In this document: positions 32,582 through 46,410 of the stretch, in pieces
Position numbering within the stretch: position 1 is the first letter of the stretch
Layout: the number at the start of each line of letters is the position of its first letter
Source: Lingula anatina
Lineage: Eukaryota; Animalia; Brachiopoda
Direction of reading: 5' to 3'
DNA: 64,000 nucleotides
NCBI GenBank assembly: GCA_051362555.1
Contig: CM120641.1
Location: forward strand, 25,488,401 to 25,552,400
Notes under the pieces: generated by a model
The model's database searches: none
What the model was told of the DNA's origin: nothing
What the model saw: the letters and a program-made list of their open reading frames with translations, nothing else
Position numbers and translations under genes: made by a program

Positions 32582-33961
32582 CCCTTGAAAAGCGCCCTCC
32601 CCCTTTTCCTGTGGCGATAAAAAGTTTGTTTAGGTCTCGCACCCAATTTTACCATGAATTACGTCAGTCATTAAATCGATCACTCAATCAATCAGTCCGT
32701 CATTCAGTGCATGCGCCCTCGGCCAGTGAATACATGGGATGTAACGGTCAGAATAAAGCACACTTCATGATGTCAGTGACAGCACTCACTGATGTGCAAA
32801 GAAAAAATAAATAAATAACCCACCGAGCTGGTAATCACGCATTAGTACATTTTGATTAATACCGAGGCAAGGGCATGCCCTTCACGGGTTAGCCGCTATC
32901 ATACATGTTAAAATGCCGTGTGAAAGTTATAAACAAAATCATCTTCAACTACTGCGCAGTTTACATTGATTCTATTACACGTACAAAACGTAAATCCCTA
33001 CGAAAAGATTAGAAATAAATTTACGTAATTGAACACAATTTTGATACTTGGCGAAAGTGAACATTATAATAAGTTGACAGGCGATGGAGAATACAAATAT
33101 TCAAACATCTCCAAACAAAAAGAAAAACAGACCTTTTAAGGTTAATACTAATTTGGATATCTAAAGTAAAAGTGCCCCTCTGAAAATCTCTCCTGCCACT
33201 ATTAATTTTATTCACTTCACAGTTGCGTAGAATTCATTGTTAGATATGACCACATTCGTATAATAGTGACAGATACGTTCATCAGCTATACATCATCCAG
33301 TAATCATTGCGTGTACAAGGAAATATAACTGGGTACTGCTTTTCAATGCGGGTTGATGACGCTCGGGCTTCTTCCCATATCAAAACCATCTCTAGATACA
33401 ACCAGCATCTGATGTGTCCCAGTAACACTCACATTAATCTATATGTGATTATAAAGTTGCATGAACGCATCACACAAAAGCCAATGAAGGAGGCTGGATT
33501 AACGCATATAAACATTTAGAAAACTTACTTCTCTTCGTATTCTTCTATCAGACGGACGTCCAAAATGTTTTCCTCGGGCTCCCAAGTGCTGTGCCTATGC
33601 AGGGGAGAAAAATAAATGTAGATTTAACAGAAAACGTTTAAACGCAACGCTCAATCCCCATGCATTTCACACAAAATCTACATCTCATACTAAATATACA
33701 TATTAGGCCTACATTTAAAAAAAATAAATGTGGCAATGAAATAATACACACACGCTCTCTAAACTGGTTTCTAGACTAACACGCACACGCACACACACAC
33801 ACACAAAACAGCTGATCGACAAGTCAACATTTACGAGATTTTTTTCGTAAAGTTTGGAATGCAACTATAACAGGGTGTCGATGTCTAAAGTAGACCAGCG
33901 TGCAGAGGACTTAAAACAGGACTGCATTTTTCAAGACGTCCAACCTATTTCTCGTGATGCC

Positions 33962-34003
<42 letters not shown>

Positions 34004-34012
34004 GTCTCTCTT

Positions 34013-34044
<32 letters not shown>

Positions 34045-37000
34045 TCATTGAGATTATCACTGTATACTGGGTGTAATAAACATACAATTCAACGCCAGAT
34101 GAGGGATAGCGTTTGATTTGAAGATGAACTATGTAGGCCTATTTTAATTGTTTCTAATTGTTTCAAATTGATGGCCATATTGTGAAAAGTGCTGAATTTC
34201 CGGGAAGTAGAAACTGGCAAGAAAAGTCAGTAATTTTTCTAACCCAAGAGAATTTAATTTTTTGTAAAAAAATACAAGAAATAACAGCAAGGTTCCAAAT
34301 AGGGACCTATGGGAGTTGCAACTCTACTACTGGCGGTTGACGCCTTCACTAAGCATTAGTTGAAAGTCAAACAAGCTTGATAATTTAGTATCATAGTTAA
34401 CAAAACTTCTCAATGACTAGAAAAAGCAAAAGAGAGAGTTTTAGGCCTATTTGGCAACGCGACTGTATTGAACAAAGCCCCCTTCCAACTGCACTATCGG
34501 AAGAACGTTATCTCTACTCGGGCAGCTTATCGCGATTACAAACAAGTTGAGAGTTCGATTAATGACCAACTCATCTCTGCCATCTCCGTCAGCAGTAAAT
34601 ACTAGCCTAGGCTTACATATGTGAAGTCGTGGACGGATTTAAATCTCAATCTGATAACAGAAAGCCTGCGACGGAAAATCACATGCTTTCAACGCAAGCA
34701 CCCTCGTGTTTCACGTTGTCTCGTGCACACCGTCAATGGTGACGCGTGTTGGGTGTCAATAGCTCCACCAGTTGACAGCAGCACGTGTTGTTCTTTTAGG
34801 GTCACCTTTCAATACATGTGTTTTGTATGGATCACGAGGTTCACTAGGTGTGTTAACGTAGGGCTCAACGGAGGGGGGGGGTTGTCGACGCAGTGACTAA
34901 CATGGGATATAAGTTCACGAGCTGAAAATGTCAACACCCGAGACTGAATCACACATATCAGACAATATTTCGTCGCGAAAGCACAGCAATAACAAAAGTA
35001 TAACAAGGTGGCATGTTAAAGCGAGAACAATTTGCATAGTCATCTATATTTTAATCTATTGCGACGGTATGGGTTTAAAACCACGGGCGTTTCCAACCAG
35101 GTACGCCGAGTGTCATTGGGCCCCAGCCCAGTGAGTAACCCGCATTTCTGTGTCGCAATCTACCCAGCTCCACTTAGACTACTTAGTCAAGCACGCTGCT
35201 TGTTGAATCATCTGAGTCATGTATTTGAATGTGTCAAAAGCCATATTGCCATAATACCGAGGTTGACCATCTGACCCGCTAATAATGCCAGGTTTAGTCA
35301 GCGAATGACATGAACAGTAACCTTGAAATTCTGCTATCTTTCGCAGATCAACTTTTTCACGAAAACCATTCTTGGGCCATCGCAATTACCAGCTTGTGAA
35401 AAAGACCACATTCTTTGTTTGAAGAATAAACGAGCACTATGTCTGCAATAATTAATCCAATTTTTCCATAATCAGTTAATAATCAAAAGCAGTAATGAAG
35501 AACCTGAAAAATGTGCAAGACTCCAGCATGCTACTGCGCAAGTGTCCTCAGTTTGAAATTAATTCTCTATGAAATAATACCCCGTCCACTTTCTAGTTCT
35601 CGTTATAATCCGAGTTGTTTATCACGAAGACAGCGCCGAGGTGACCACTTCACCATTAATTAGATTTTCCTAGTCGGCCATTATATTACGCTCACAATGA
35701 CGGGATGACGTCAATACGTTACGTATCCGTCAAAAGTCCACCACAGGTTTATAAACGATATCCCGTCTTATATAATTTGGAATCTCAGTCCAGCACTCGT
35801 GTACGGACATTGATGAGATGGGGGGGGATTAAGGGCAGGGACAATAGGGCGTCCTTTGCTCATATATGCAAACGGTGACATGATTCACCCCGTCTGTTTT
35901 TTTTTTTTTTTTTTTTTTCACACGATCTTTTCGTACACACGATCTTCACCCTCAAGTTACAACAAGTTGGTGCGAATTGAGCAGTAAACAGACGCCCCCC
36001 TCCCCGTCCTAGTGCTCCCTAATTACAAAAGCGTACAGATTAGCCAACACAGTGGTTTTGGCCGTTGTGGTCAGCAGCACTAGTACTTGATCGATACCAT
36101 CATTTATGTATAATTGAGAGCTGCAATGGATGCGATCAGAAAAATACGGTGTAGTATTTCGGGTATTTCGGTTTCGCTGACGTAAAACGATGAAACACGT
36201 TTACTTGATACTAGTACTGTTAGGGCTATTTGGTAATCAACCGATTTAACGTGCCTACGTCATTGTAAGTACACTACGTACTCAAAACAATCAACGCGTG
36301 TACTTCAATTCAAATGGGATCGAATTATGTCGCTAGATTAAACAAATATGACGAACGACTTCTCATCGACCATTATTGCCAAATTTCACGCGAATCTGTA
36401 ACTCCGTGGGTAAACATTGCAAATGCGGCTATTTTTAGTGCCCTGAGTGTAACGCTCAGCAATTTCAGCGCGGTGTATAGTATCACGACTTACGTACAAA
36501 TATTCACGGATACATCTAATTTTGCCCCCGGGGTTTCTACACGCATGAAGAGGCGTTAATGCAAGTGTACTTCAATGACTTACTTCTTTGACCAGCCTTT
36601 CCATTTCACCATGTATTCCGGCTTTCCCTATATAATAAAAAAAGACAAGATAAACAAAAAAAGCAATTTGAAATTTCTTTTATACGTAGGCCTACTTCTA
36701 TTTTGCCCCCCCCCCCCCCCCCACACACACACACAGCGAGGTTATGGCACGAGAAATTACTGAAATTACACACTTGTTACACTAATGCACTTGCTATGGC
36801 ATCTTATGGAGGTCAAAAATTTTATATGTAATATCATGATAAACAATACATTGATATTTATTTTCGTGGGCTTGGAAACCGCACGCCGTCGCCAACGGTT
36901 ATTTTTTTCAAACAGTGAGGCGATCATAATCAATAAACTACGCGTGCGCCTTTCACAAAATGAAACGCTATGTAAACAAGTTCTAACCGGCTTACCGGTA

Positions 37001-37187
37001 ACGATAAGTACACAGAATAATACACGAGGCATATATAGTGACATACACATAAACTCACTCAACAACCACATATGCTGGAGCTCACCTTTCTTATTCGCCG
37101 TTTGAGAATATAATCAGCCGCAAAAATCCGTTCATTAGTAGCATTTGGGGCGATGGCGTTGTAATTTGCTGCTCCTTCGCTAGCCAT
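29124..37187 (-). CDS. Pc: Polycomb-group chromobox protein (Pc/CBX2/4/6/7/8 family), 5 exons, 307 aa
   Basis: Exons 37187-37086, 36627-36584, 33594-33529, 31216-31159 and 29777-29124 join in frame (924 nt). Chromodomain [47 protein letters not shown], AT-hook RKGRGRPK, C-terminal Pc box VTVTDVTCNALTVTFLESPTSEGFFK. Confidence 0.96.
33965..34046. repeat. Imperfect (CT)n microsatellite in Pc intron 2
   Basis: Interrupted CT/GA run. Confidence 0.95.
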
Positions 37188-40100
37188 CCTGCTTAAGGTA
37201 TTGTTGTTCACATCCATGAGAGTGAAAAAATTATCCGTGTTAGACTTATCCAGTCGTTGTCGATAGTGACCTGTGTCAGTGGCTCGCTCTTAGTAAATAC
37301 CTAGAACGGAGAAGAGACAGTGGTCACCCTCGTGCTCAGTCCGTTGTGGTCATACAACTACTCAGCCAAAGGTAGCTGTGGTTCTCGGACCATAATATTT
37401 ACTGATGACGTCACCTTGTTCGTCTCTCAGTGCGCCGCAGTTACTACGCACACAAACAATCTGCCGGCTGCGTCGAAGCACTCATTCGATTAACGATATA
37501 CGCTGTGGTCTAAATCCACGCCTTCCGGGTCAGTTTTAGAACAGACAATAATTAATATAAAATCAACAGCTGCGTATTTAACTGCTGCCCACAAACAGAC
37601 TGAAAGTACCAGAATCGACTCCTACCTACACTGTACCTACACTGCTACCTGTATTTAGCTGACATAAGCAATAATTACCAATTGATCCGTTCAGCTTAGG
37701 CATCGCTCCTTGCAAACGGCTGGTTAACCCACGCAACACCCAAGATTCAGCGTGTGTACGTGTGTGTGCTCTTATATGTGTGTGTGTTGGTGTGTGTGTG
37801 TGAAGATTGCCCGCAGTGGAAAGTTTTAAATCTACGTATACGGTTGACGACCCCACACAACCTACCTACATTTGTCACGCGATCACTGATGGGAAAATAA
37901 CCACGAAGGTCGAGGCGACAAATTTCAAAAAATTTTGGGATAGCGACCCTAGTGTTGATTAATGAAGTATGCCGGGCTCATTTCAGTAGAGTTCATCCAT
38001 GTGACACACAACATGACCCTTACTGGTCTTCACGGCTAAAAATAAGTGATTGTGCCCATTATTTCTTAGGAGCCCGAACCGCTAAATTTTCACAATGACA
38101 AGGTGTGGTGGTGCGTGCGTGTTGTGTCATATTAAGACAAAACCACAAAAACACAGGTAGAGAAGAGATAACGGTACATCGTTATTTGTCAAGTTTGCGT
38201 TCGTTGTTTACGTTTTTCTTAAAGCGCAAGTTAAAAATGGGCGCCCAGCAATAGTCAGTCCACTCTGTTGTGCAATTCAGAGGTAAAACCCTCTTCTGAA
38301 AAATAAATTATCTTTATCTATATGGTCCATACGATTTAATGCGTCATAAATGTTACACTTAAAACGACAGGATGGACTGAGATTTTGATGGATTATGTCA
38401 GATTACAAGCAGTAGTGTGTAAGGAGGTGAAGGCTAGATTTCTTGCCACACATTTCACACGGATACGATGAAAGAACCGTTTTCAGGATGAAAAGATTTG
38501 CGTGCACATTTCCTCATTAACGATTTTAACGAGCAAGATACAGGGTGTTTGTAAACTTAAGTACGTTAATGAAGACAGAGTGAAACCTGTGTACATTTCT
38601 AGATAATTTAAGTAGATAGTGTCGCCCCCGTTTTGAAATTGAAAAAAAAAAAGAAAAAAAGAAAAAAATGTCAGTGGCATGTGTATGTAGGTCGCTTTGG
38701 TTGTCAATTCAAATTTTAGGAGGAACGCCCTCTGTTAATTATTTCGCTATATCCATATCAAATCGTTGGCACATTTCCAACATTCATATTAATCAGGGCC
38801 TTTTGATTCAGTGTTTGGTTACTCATCACTGGGTTGAAATTTGATATTACATCTTGGTATACGAAAACTCTTGAAGATATTCTTCAACGCTCGGCGATCA
38901 GCACACTTAGTAAATAATTTATTAAAAAATGAAAAATTCGGGTTGTGCGTTGTGAATGAAGGCTGCATAATAAAAAAAAAAACGATCCATCGTTTCCATA
39001 CCGAGTTTGGTTATTAAGAAATTACACCACACCCCTGTAACTTGCAACTATTTCAAATAGTGGTGAATCATTCCATAAGAAAAGGGTCGAGTCATTCACA
39101 CCTGATCTAACACGTGCACGCGCTCGCTGCGTCATCACCCGTTTTATCACGACGAACCTTCTGGAAGTAAGCACAGACAGCATTTTGCTGACTAAAAAAG
39201 TACATCTGCTCTTTCTGCATTGGGGTCTACCGAGGGAAATTCCCGAGTGTGACCGAGTAGTATGTAAGAAGGACATAATAGGCGTGAATTCCCATACTGT
39301 CACACTTAAGCTTAAAATTAAAAAAAAAAAATATCTGTCACATATTAAACTGCCACATCTGAAACACGAAAATGAATGCCTACAGTTTGAGGAACACTTT
39401 TAAAAGATAAGGCGACTGTTGAACCATTACATAATGTCATTTAGGCCTAATTCAACTTTGACCGGTCGTTATCTCTATCAGTCGAAATCTGAAAGAAAAG
39501 GCATTAGAAAATGGGTCACAACACACATCAACCGAACTTATTTGATCGGAATGTTAAAAAATTTTTTTTGTCCAAACCGGCTTTTAACATTCCGATCTTT
39601 AAAATGGCGGCACGGCCATCGTCACAAAAATCGTCTAGGAGGGATTAAGTCTTTGTTCTTTTTTCAGTATAGAGAAAAGATTTCATATTTATCTGATACT
39701 GATACAGGTCAACAAGAAAGTAAAGCTTAAACAAGTGCAAAAATTTGTGTATGAAGAAATTTTCTTCAATATCTCCACCCCCCCCCCTCATTTTACTGTT
39801 ATTTCTATCTCATTGAAAAATACTAAACGGCTACATGAGATAATACAGATCGAGTTAATGCTTATCAAAAACAAAAAACAGACTGATTTGTCTGGCAAAT
39901 GTTATAGAAATGTCGACATTGTTATATTTAGATCTCATGGCTAAATGCGGTATGATCGAGTATGAGACAAGAGTATGTTTCGCAAGACAGTGCACTTTTT
40001 CATTGTCATTAGATCAGTTCTCATAAGTATAGACTGACGAAGAGGCCGTGGTGGGAATACACAAGGGCTATCAATCGATTATTTTAGTCAAATTTAAAAA

Positions 40101-43100
40101 AACTATTTATTGCACAAACTCTAAATAGAGCTATATTTTTCCAACAGCGCTATATTTTACTATCAACGAAGAATTTGTAGAAAGTGTGTATTATCCTTAA
40201 AAGTTTTAATGAAATCTTACAAAATAAATCAGTTTAAAATGCTATCAACAATTGCTTACAGGTTTTAATTCAGAAAAATAAAGCTATTCGGTGAGAAAAG
40301 CCGATCGTCACCTGCAGTAGAATTACATGACACCAACACCCAATGCGGCAAGTGTCAGACGACAGATGTCTATTAATAATCCTAAAAACCAATTTGCCGA
40401 CATCACATCAGACACCTTAATTTTTGTATGGACATTGCCCTTTAACAATGTCGTGCTCTGTTCGGAACTGATGCCACCTGCTTGGTAACACATTGAATGA
40501 GGGCCAAGATTTTGAAACCATCTGTGTTTCTATATATATTTGGGTTACAAACATCTCACTCTTTAAAGGTCATTCTAAGACAAAAAAATAAAATAAAAGG
40601 CAGAAAATAAGAACAGCAATACAAAAAAACTAAATAGGTTGACATGACCCTGTGTTCTTTTTGTTCTGATATAGGGTAAAACGATCATGCAGATATGTAG
40701 CAATAAATAAGAAAGGAAAATTTGACGCCATCACTCCCTAGCAACCTTTTTCTTTTGTGAAAAAGACTGCAACAATCTTGAACACGGTAGATTAAGCCTT
40801 CGACGCCAACGTCTTGATACATGATAAGTTCTATTAATTCTCCTAGATAATGCATTTCAATTATACTGATAATTTATAAACAAAATATAACATAGAACGT
40901 TTTGATAACATTGCCACAGGTTACACCATCGGCAAACATGAAGAGAACGTTATTGTAACGTTCTACACTGTCATTGTTATTATCATTGTTCCCCGAAACG
41001 TTACCAGCACTTTCTTCTTAAGTACATAATAAATTTTGACGGAATTTACAAATTATATGGGATACAAGCCTCTAACACTGTTTGATCTACACGTAGCGGC
41101 TAATTAAAGAGGGGGTTGGAAATAGTTGGTGGCTAAAACCGTGTGGATTTTAGGGCCTTCGGACTGTCGGTACGTACCCGAATAAACCGACATGTGATGA
41201 AAAGCTTAAATGAAGTATACTGTATACATGTTCTAGAGTTCATTACTTCCGGGAAGGATTTAATAGACATCAATATTGATGAGCATTATCAAAATAATTA
41301 AAATATGTTTTTTAAACAAAGTTTATTCAAGAGAAACGGAGGCAAAGCGCTAGAAGCATTATTTGCTCTCCTTGAAGACCAAGAAAAGCTGTTTTAAAGT
41401 AATCATGATAGATGCAATTATTTGATGTTTCTGATAAACCGATGAACTGAATTATTTCAACTTCATTTTAAGAAATGTATACCAGTAAACTTGATTGCAA
41501 AGTCGGCTAAAACAGGACAGGAATGATTTGAGTGAAATTAATTCCTTTGAGTAGTAATTTACGGTCATCTGATCCTATCCATATGAAGGTCTACCCACGA
41601 CTAATCGGTATACCAGGATCATATCTTAATATATTATAGATAAATAATGAATTCTTCAGTAGACTTTAGCAAGGTAAATTAACAAGATATATCGATCAAA
41701 AGAATTAAAATAAAATGCATATCTTACCAAATAGACAAATACACTGGTGATCTACTGGGCCATGTGGCCCTATTTTTTTCATATGTTCTCTTCTTGTTCT
41801 CTACCGTTCCAAGAACTGACAAAATTTTCATTAATAACATTTTCCAAATGTTAAGGTACCACAAATCCAACGTAACTTCAATGTTCTCAGGGGATTCTTT
41901 TGTTCGCTGTTCGCTTCCGATAATGCTTATCAGTAAGAATTTAGTACGAAAAGTCCTTACTGCACATGAGTAGAACTGGTTGTCCTACGCTAAGGAAGGT
42001 GGTAAGATTACCGCCATGTTAAATTTGGGGCCATCTTTTTTGTGCACATTTACATATTGCCGCAGGATGCTATTTTTTCCGATATTTCACCTTGTCACTG
42101 ATTTTACCAATCAATTACTTGAACATTAGATAGGTATCTTTTGATCATTTGACCAATGGATTTTTGTTTATCAGATGTATATAAATGTCGGATGGTGCAT
42201 ATCTCACTAGGTCATTGGTATTGATACAGCGGATTTACATGGGTTTGGGTTTATTTCGAAGAAAAGATATCAGCATCCAATTAGCAGTCGATAGTAAAAT
42301 TCTGCCCAGGATGCTTTACAAATATTAATAAAACATCTTAACTTTTTCGTCGACCATCAGTACTGCTTAATTTACCTCTCATCAAAGATAATGCATTTTA
42401 CTAAGAATATCTTAAAGAGTATCTTGAGTATAAAATAATTTTTTCTCTGATTGTCAGTGTTGTTTAATAAAACTCGAATTTTACTCAGAATGTCTTAAAG
42501 AGAAATGTAGTGTTCTCTCTCAGTATTGTTTAGCCAAGCGACGACAGTATATTGCGGACAGTATAAAGGAAGGCAAGAATCATCCACATGTGCACAGCGA
42601 TTCGCGTCATCAAATCCCATCTAAAGAAACGACGTAAAACGAGTGGGCGACGCTGGATCATCCAAACAAATCAGAGAAAAGGTCTGGACTTTTCACCTTT
42701 ATATCTAAAACAAAAGAACCCCTACCCAAACAACAGTTCACTCATAAACCTTGTTCAAAGTATCTGGTTTGGTGACTTGACGTATGAAATTGGCCTTGGA
42801 AGGAATGATTATGAAAGACCGGTACTATCTATTTCCCGTTACGGTATCAAAATGCTGAAAATGCGTCACAATAAATACGCCTTCGGCTATAATCCCCTAT
42901 TGTATTTTGTTACAAAATACACAAAATGCGTTAAATTTTTTTTTTAATTCTAAGTTGTCTAAGTTCTTTGTTGTTCAGCAGTAGATATGTACATTTAAGA
43001 TTTTATAAATGCATATCAACAGCGACGGCTGTGTATTAATTAATCTTTTTATTATCTATAGATCTCTAAAAATATCCCCAATGTGCAGCTGTCACACCAT

Positions 43101-44456
43101 CCTCTCCCACTCGTTTTCTTGGAAACCCATGATGACTTTTCCTAAATAGGCAATGGAATATAACCCCAAGAAGAAGAACTTAGTAAAGATTTTTTCAAAT
43201 AAACGAAACATACATCTCGGGGTAAGTTTAGCAATCTGTCCAGTTAATATTGTCTGGACTTGCGTGACAAGACCGTGGTGAGTATATGGATCAGTATTTA
43301 CAGTTGACACCCATAGACCATATATATCAGCTTAACCCTATAAATAAATTTTAGACTAAATATTTGAGTGATGTCAAGATTTTATACACCTTTCTAGAAC
43401 TTACTAACCATTAGTTCCTAGCTTGTGTACCAAATTAGGAAACGCGCGCTGAATGGTAACATGTTTTAAGGTTATTTATACATTACTTTTAATTTCCCTT
43501 GTATTTTAGAAACAAGCACAATTTATTTCTTATCATACAAGTAACAAGCTTACATTTTATTCGATATCAAAGACCTATTCCTCGCTATAGTGTGGTGGCA
43601 TGGAGATCATATGGAATGTCTCAAAACGGCCCACAGACTATTAAGACAATTTAACACAAAGTTACACTATTCTCCATTGGCATCGACGACCAAGTATCTA
43701 CGACACAGGTTTATTAAATAAGCTGAATATGTACGTCATTAGCGTAATCTTAGCATAAAAGCTCCTGCTGTTGATTTCACACGCAGACACCTCAGTACTG
43801 ATATAGGCTATAATATACGTGTGTCGCCGCTTGACGCATGTATTTAATTGAAATCAACTATGTTATAACATTTTACAATCACCTAAACAAACAGATTTAA
43901 GAGTATGAAGCAGCTGTGCAATTAAAATATTAATTACCAACGGCTGACCAACGCTCAGTCTTATTAGATAACAAAAGACGTTCATATTTCCGTTATTTAA
44001 ACCGTGGCCATTATATAGCTGTCAACTATATAAAACGAAAACAGATATTGAGTTATTTTAGTGTGTCATTGAAAAAAGAGTCGTAAATGAGAGAGACACG
44101 CTAATCAGTAGCTGTTTGGTAAAAACAACTCTTGACAAAATAAATCGAAATCAAAATATAAGCGTAGGGAAAATTACGTTAAATTCAATTTCCATCATTA
44201 CTCATTAGAAATTGCATAATTATAGGGAAAAAACGACTGTATGTTTATTGGATATGTTTTGTGTTGAACAGGAAGTCGAAATGCACGGGGCTAATGTCAG
44301 TAGTTTTTGATATGTACATCCTTTCTGTTTATCTCCATTCCTAACCACACTAAAAGACTCCAGGAAATACTACTTCCTTGTAAACTGCACACGGAAATCT
44401 GATAGAAACCTCGCCCCAGCAAAACCATTTCGCCATTCCCTCAATTATTATATAAA

Positions 44457-44716
44457 GACCCCATTCCCATACCTATGTCGATCTATCAGGATCGATCCAT
44501 CTCCGAGGGGATTCTCGATAAATTGCATTCAGCTTAAGTGGCTTAGATGCCTGGCACACCTACTGAAGCTGCGAAACCATATTTAATTACCCCCTGACAG
44601 CTTCAGTAGACGTGCCAGACATCAGAGCCGCTTAAATAAGGTGAATGCAATTTAGTGAGAAACCCCTCGGAGTTGGATCGATCCTACTAGATTGTTCTAC
44701 GTATTGGAACGGGGTC
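44457..44716. mobile_element. Near-fully palindromic (foldback) MITE
   Basis: Arms of about 115 bp are inverted along most of their length (gaccccattcccatac...cctactgaagctg / cagcttcagtag...gtattggaacggggtc); TAA-like flanks. Confidence 0.8.
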
Positions 44717-46255
44717 TAAGTCATTAGTTGGCATTGATCCCTTAGCCCCCCTTTCCCACTGTTGGAATAAATGAATAAGGAAATACGTAAGCAAAATGAA
44801 GTGAGATGTAAAATACGTAAGTGGTCGGGAGCTTTATTAATGAAAAGTGGGCAGAAATTATTTATCATCAAGTAGTACGAAGGCGACTTTAGTAATAGAA
44901 AGACCGGTGATTGAAGTAAGTGTTTCAAAGCCAATGAACTCCTACACTGAGAGCAATAACAGAATACCATGTCGTAGCAAAATACCACAAGGGAATAATA
45001 AATGCGGAAAATTGAATTGGCCATGTCGTTCTGTAAGCCGCGCGGTCTATTATCAGTCAATTGATGGCATTTCACTATTTAGATATTGTATTTTGCTTTG
45101 TGAATAGTGGATACTTTCGTCTTATACCTGTGAATTATGAATAATTTACTCCTTCACTTATCCTTTATTTAACCTTGAAGGCCATCTAGCAAATATTAAA
45201 CCTTATTGCAGCAATCGTTATTAGAGTATCGATAGAAGAAGATACGGCAAATATAAATTTAAACGAAAGAAAGGTAAACCTTCCATAAAGTCAAAAGACT
45301 CCCACCCCCTCGGAAGCACTATAGTTACAGTATGTTAAGGTGTTTTGTCTCAAATGTAGACTACAAATGTAGACAAAGATGATTGTAAGTATGGGATGTT
45401 ATGTCCGGCCATCATCGACGTGAGTATCGACCAGAAAGATTTTGTAACATAAATATGAGCTTTCGGGTTCCGTTTTTGGTATAACGGCATTGAAGGGAAA
45501 AACCCGAGGGTGGGTCAGCCTACATGACAGTTCTGCTGACGACACTTTCTGACCCGTGAAACTCAGAGGACGACTGACGTCACGCTACAGACCAACGCCT
45601 GCACTTACATGTAGGTGGAGGTTTCCATATAACTATACGATATCACCGTTTAATGAACAACTCAACAAACAGTATATAACTTTATGTCAGTATATTTGCA
45701 CACACGTCATAGGCCAAGCAAATGATTTTGCTTCATAAACAAAATTTAGCAGTTTAGAGCCGTGGCTATAAAGACAAAGTAGACGCACCGGATACTGTAT
45801 CAAACTACACATACTTGTGTATATAAACATGAATGTCTATATAACTCAACTATAGCAGAGGTTTATGTGTACAAAAATTACGTTTCACTAACGTCTCTTC
45901 ATTGCTTGTACTCTGGACGCTTTTTGTTTGGACTTATAAAAGATATCATCCATAAACTAAATGGTAGTGTTCTGCTGAACGCCTTCACAGCGCCTTACCT
46001 TGTAATGTTCCACAATCGGTCTCTGGAATGGCGTTTATTAAACGATATATAAGTGATATTTAAACGATAATGAGAGGAATATTTTCATTTCCGATTGTTC
46101 CTAGTCCTAGTCGTACCACACTGGGCACTTTTCTGACGCAAGTATTGGGATTTTGTTTTCACTTTTTTATTTGCCATCTATGTTAGTGTTATTAGACTTG
46201 TTGAAAGACTGCTTTTTATAGCAGGGGATTTTTTTCGTTTTGAATACAGACGTTT

Positions 46256-46410
46256 TAGTTTAGCGATGCCTGACAAAGGAACTCAGACTCGGGTTTTTTA
46301 GAGGTAAAAGAGATATACGGTGGGAAGCTGTGTTTCAGCTGTTTTTGACCTCGTGTAGGATATTTTTCCCATGACGATTACTGTCGGGGTCACATTTCCT
46401 TTTCGCTCAG
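46256..46410. repeat. Dispersed repeat; diverged inverted copy at ~48955-49098
   Basis: gatgcctgacaaa...ttttttagaggtaaa...ccatgacga...ggtcacatttcctttt appears as its reverse complement about 2.6 kb downstream. Confidence 0.8.
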
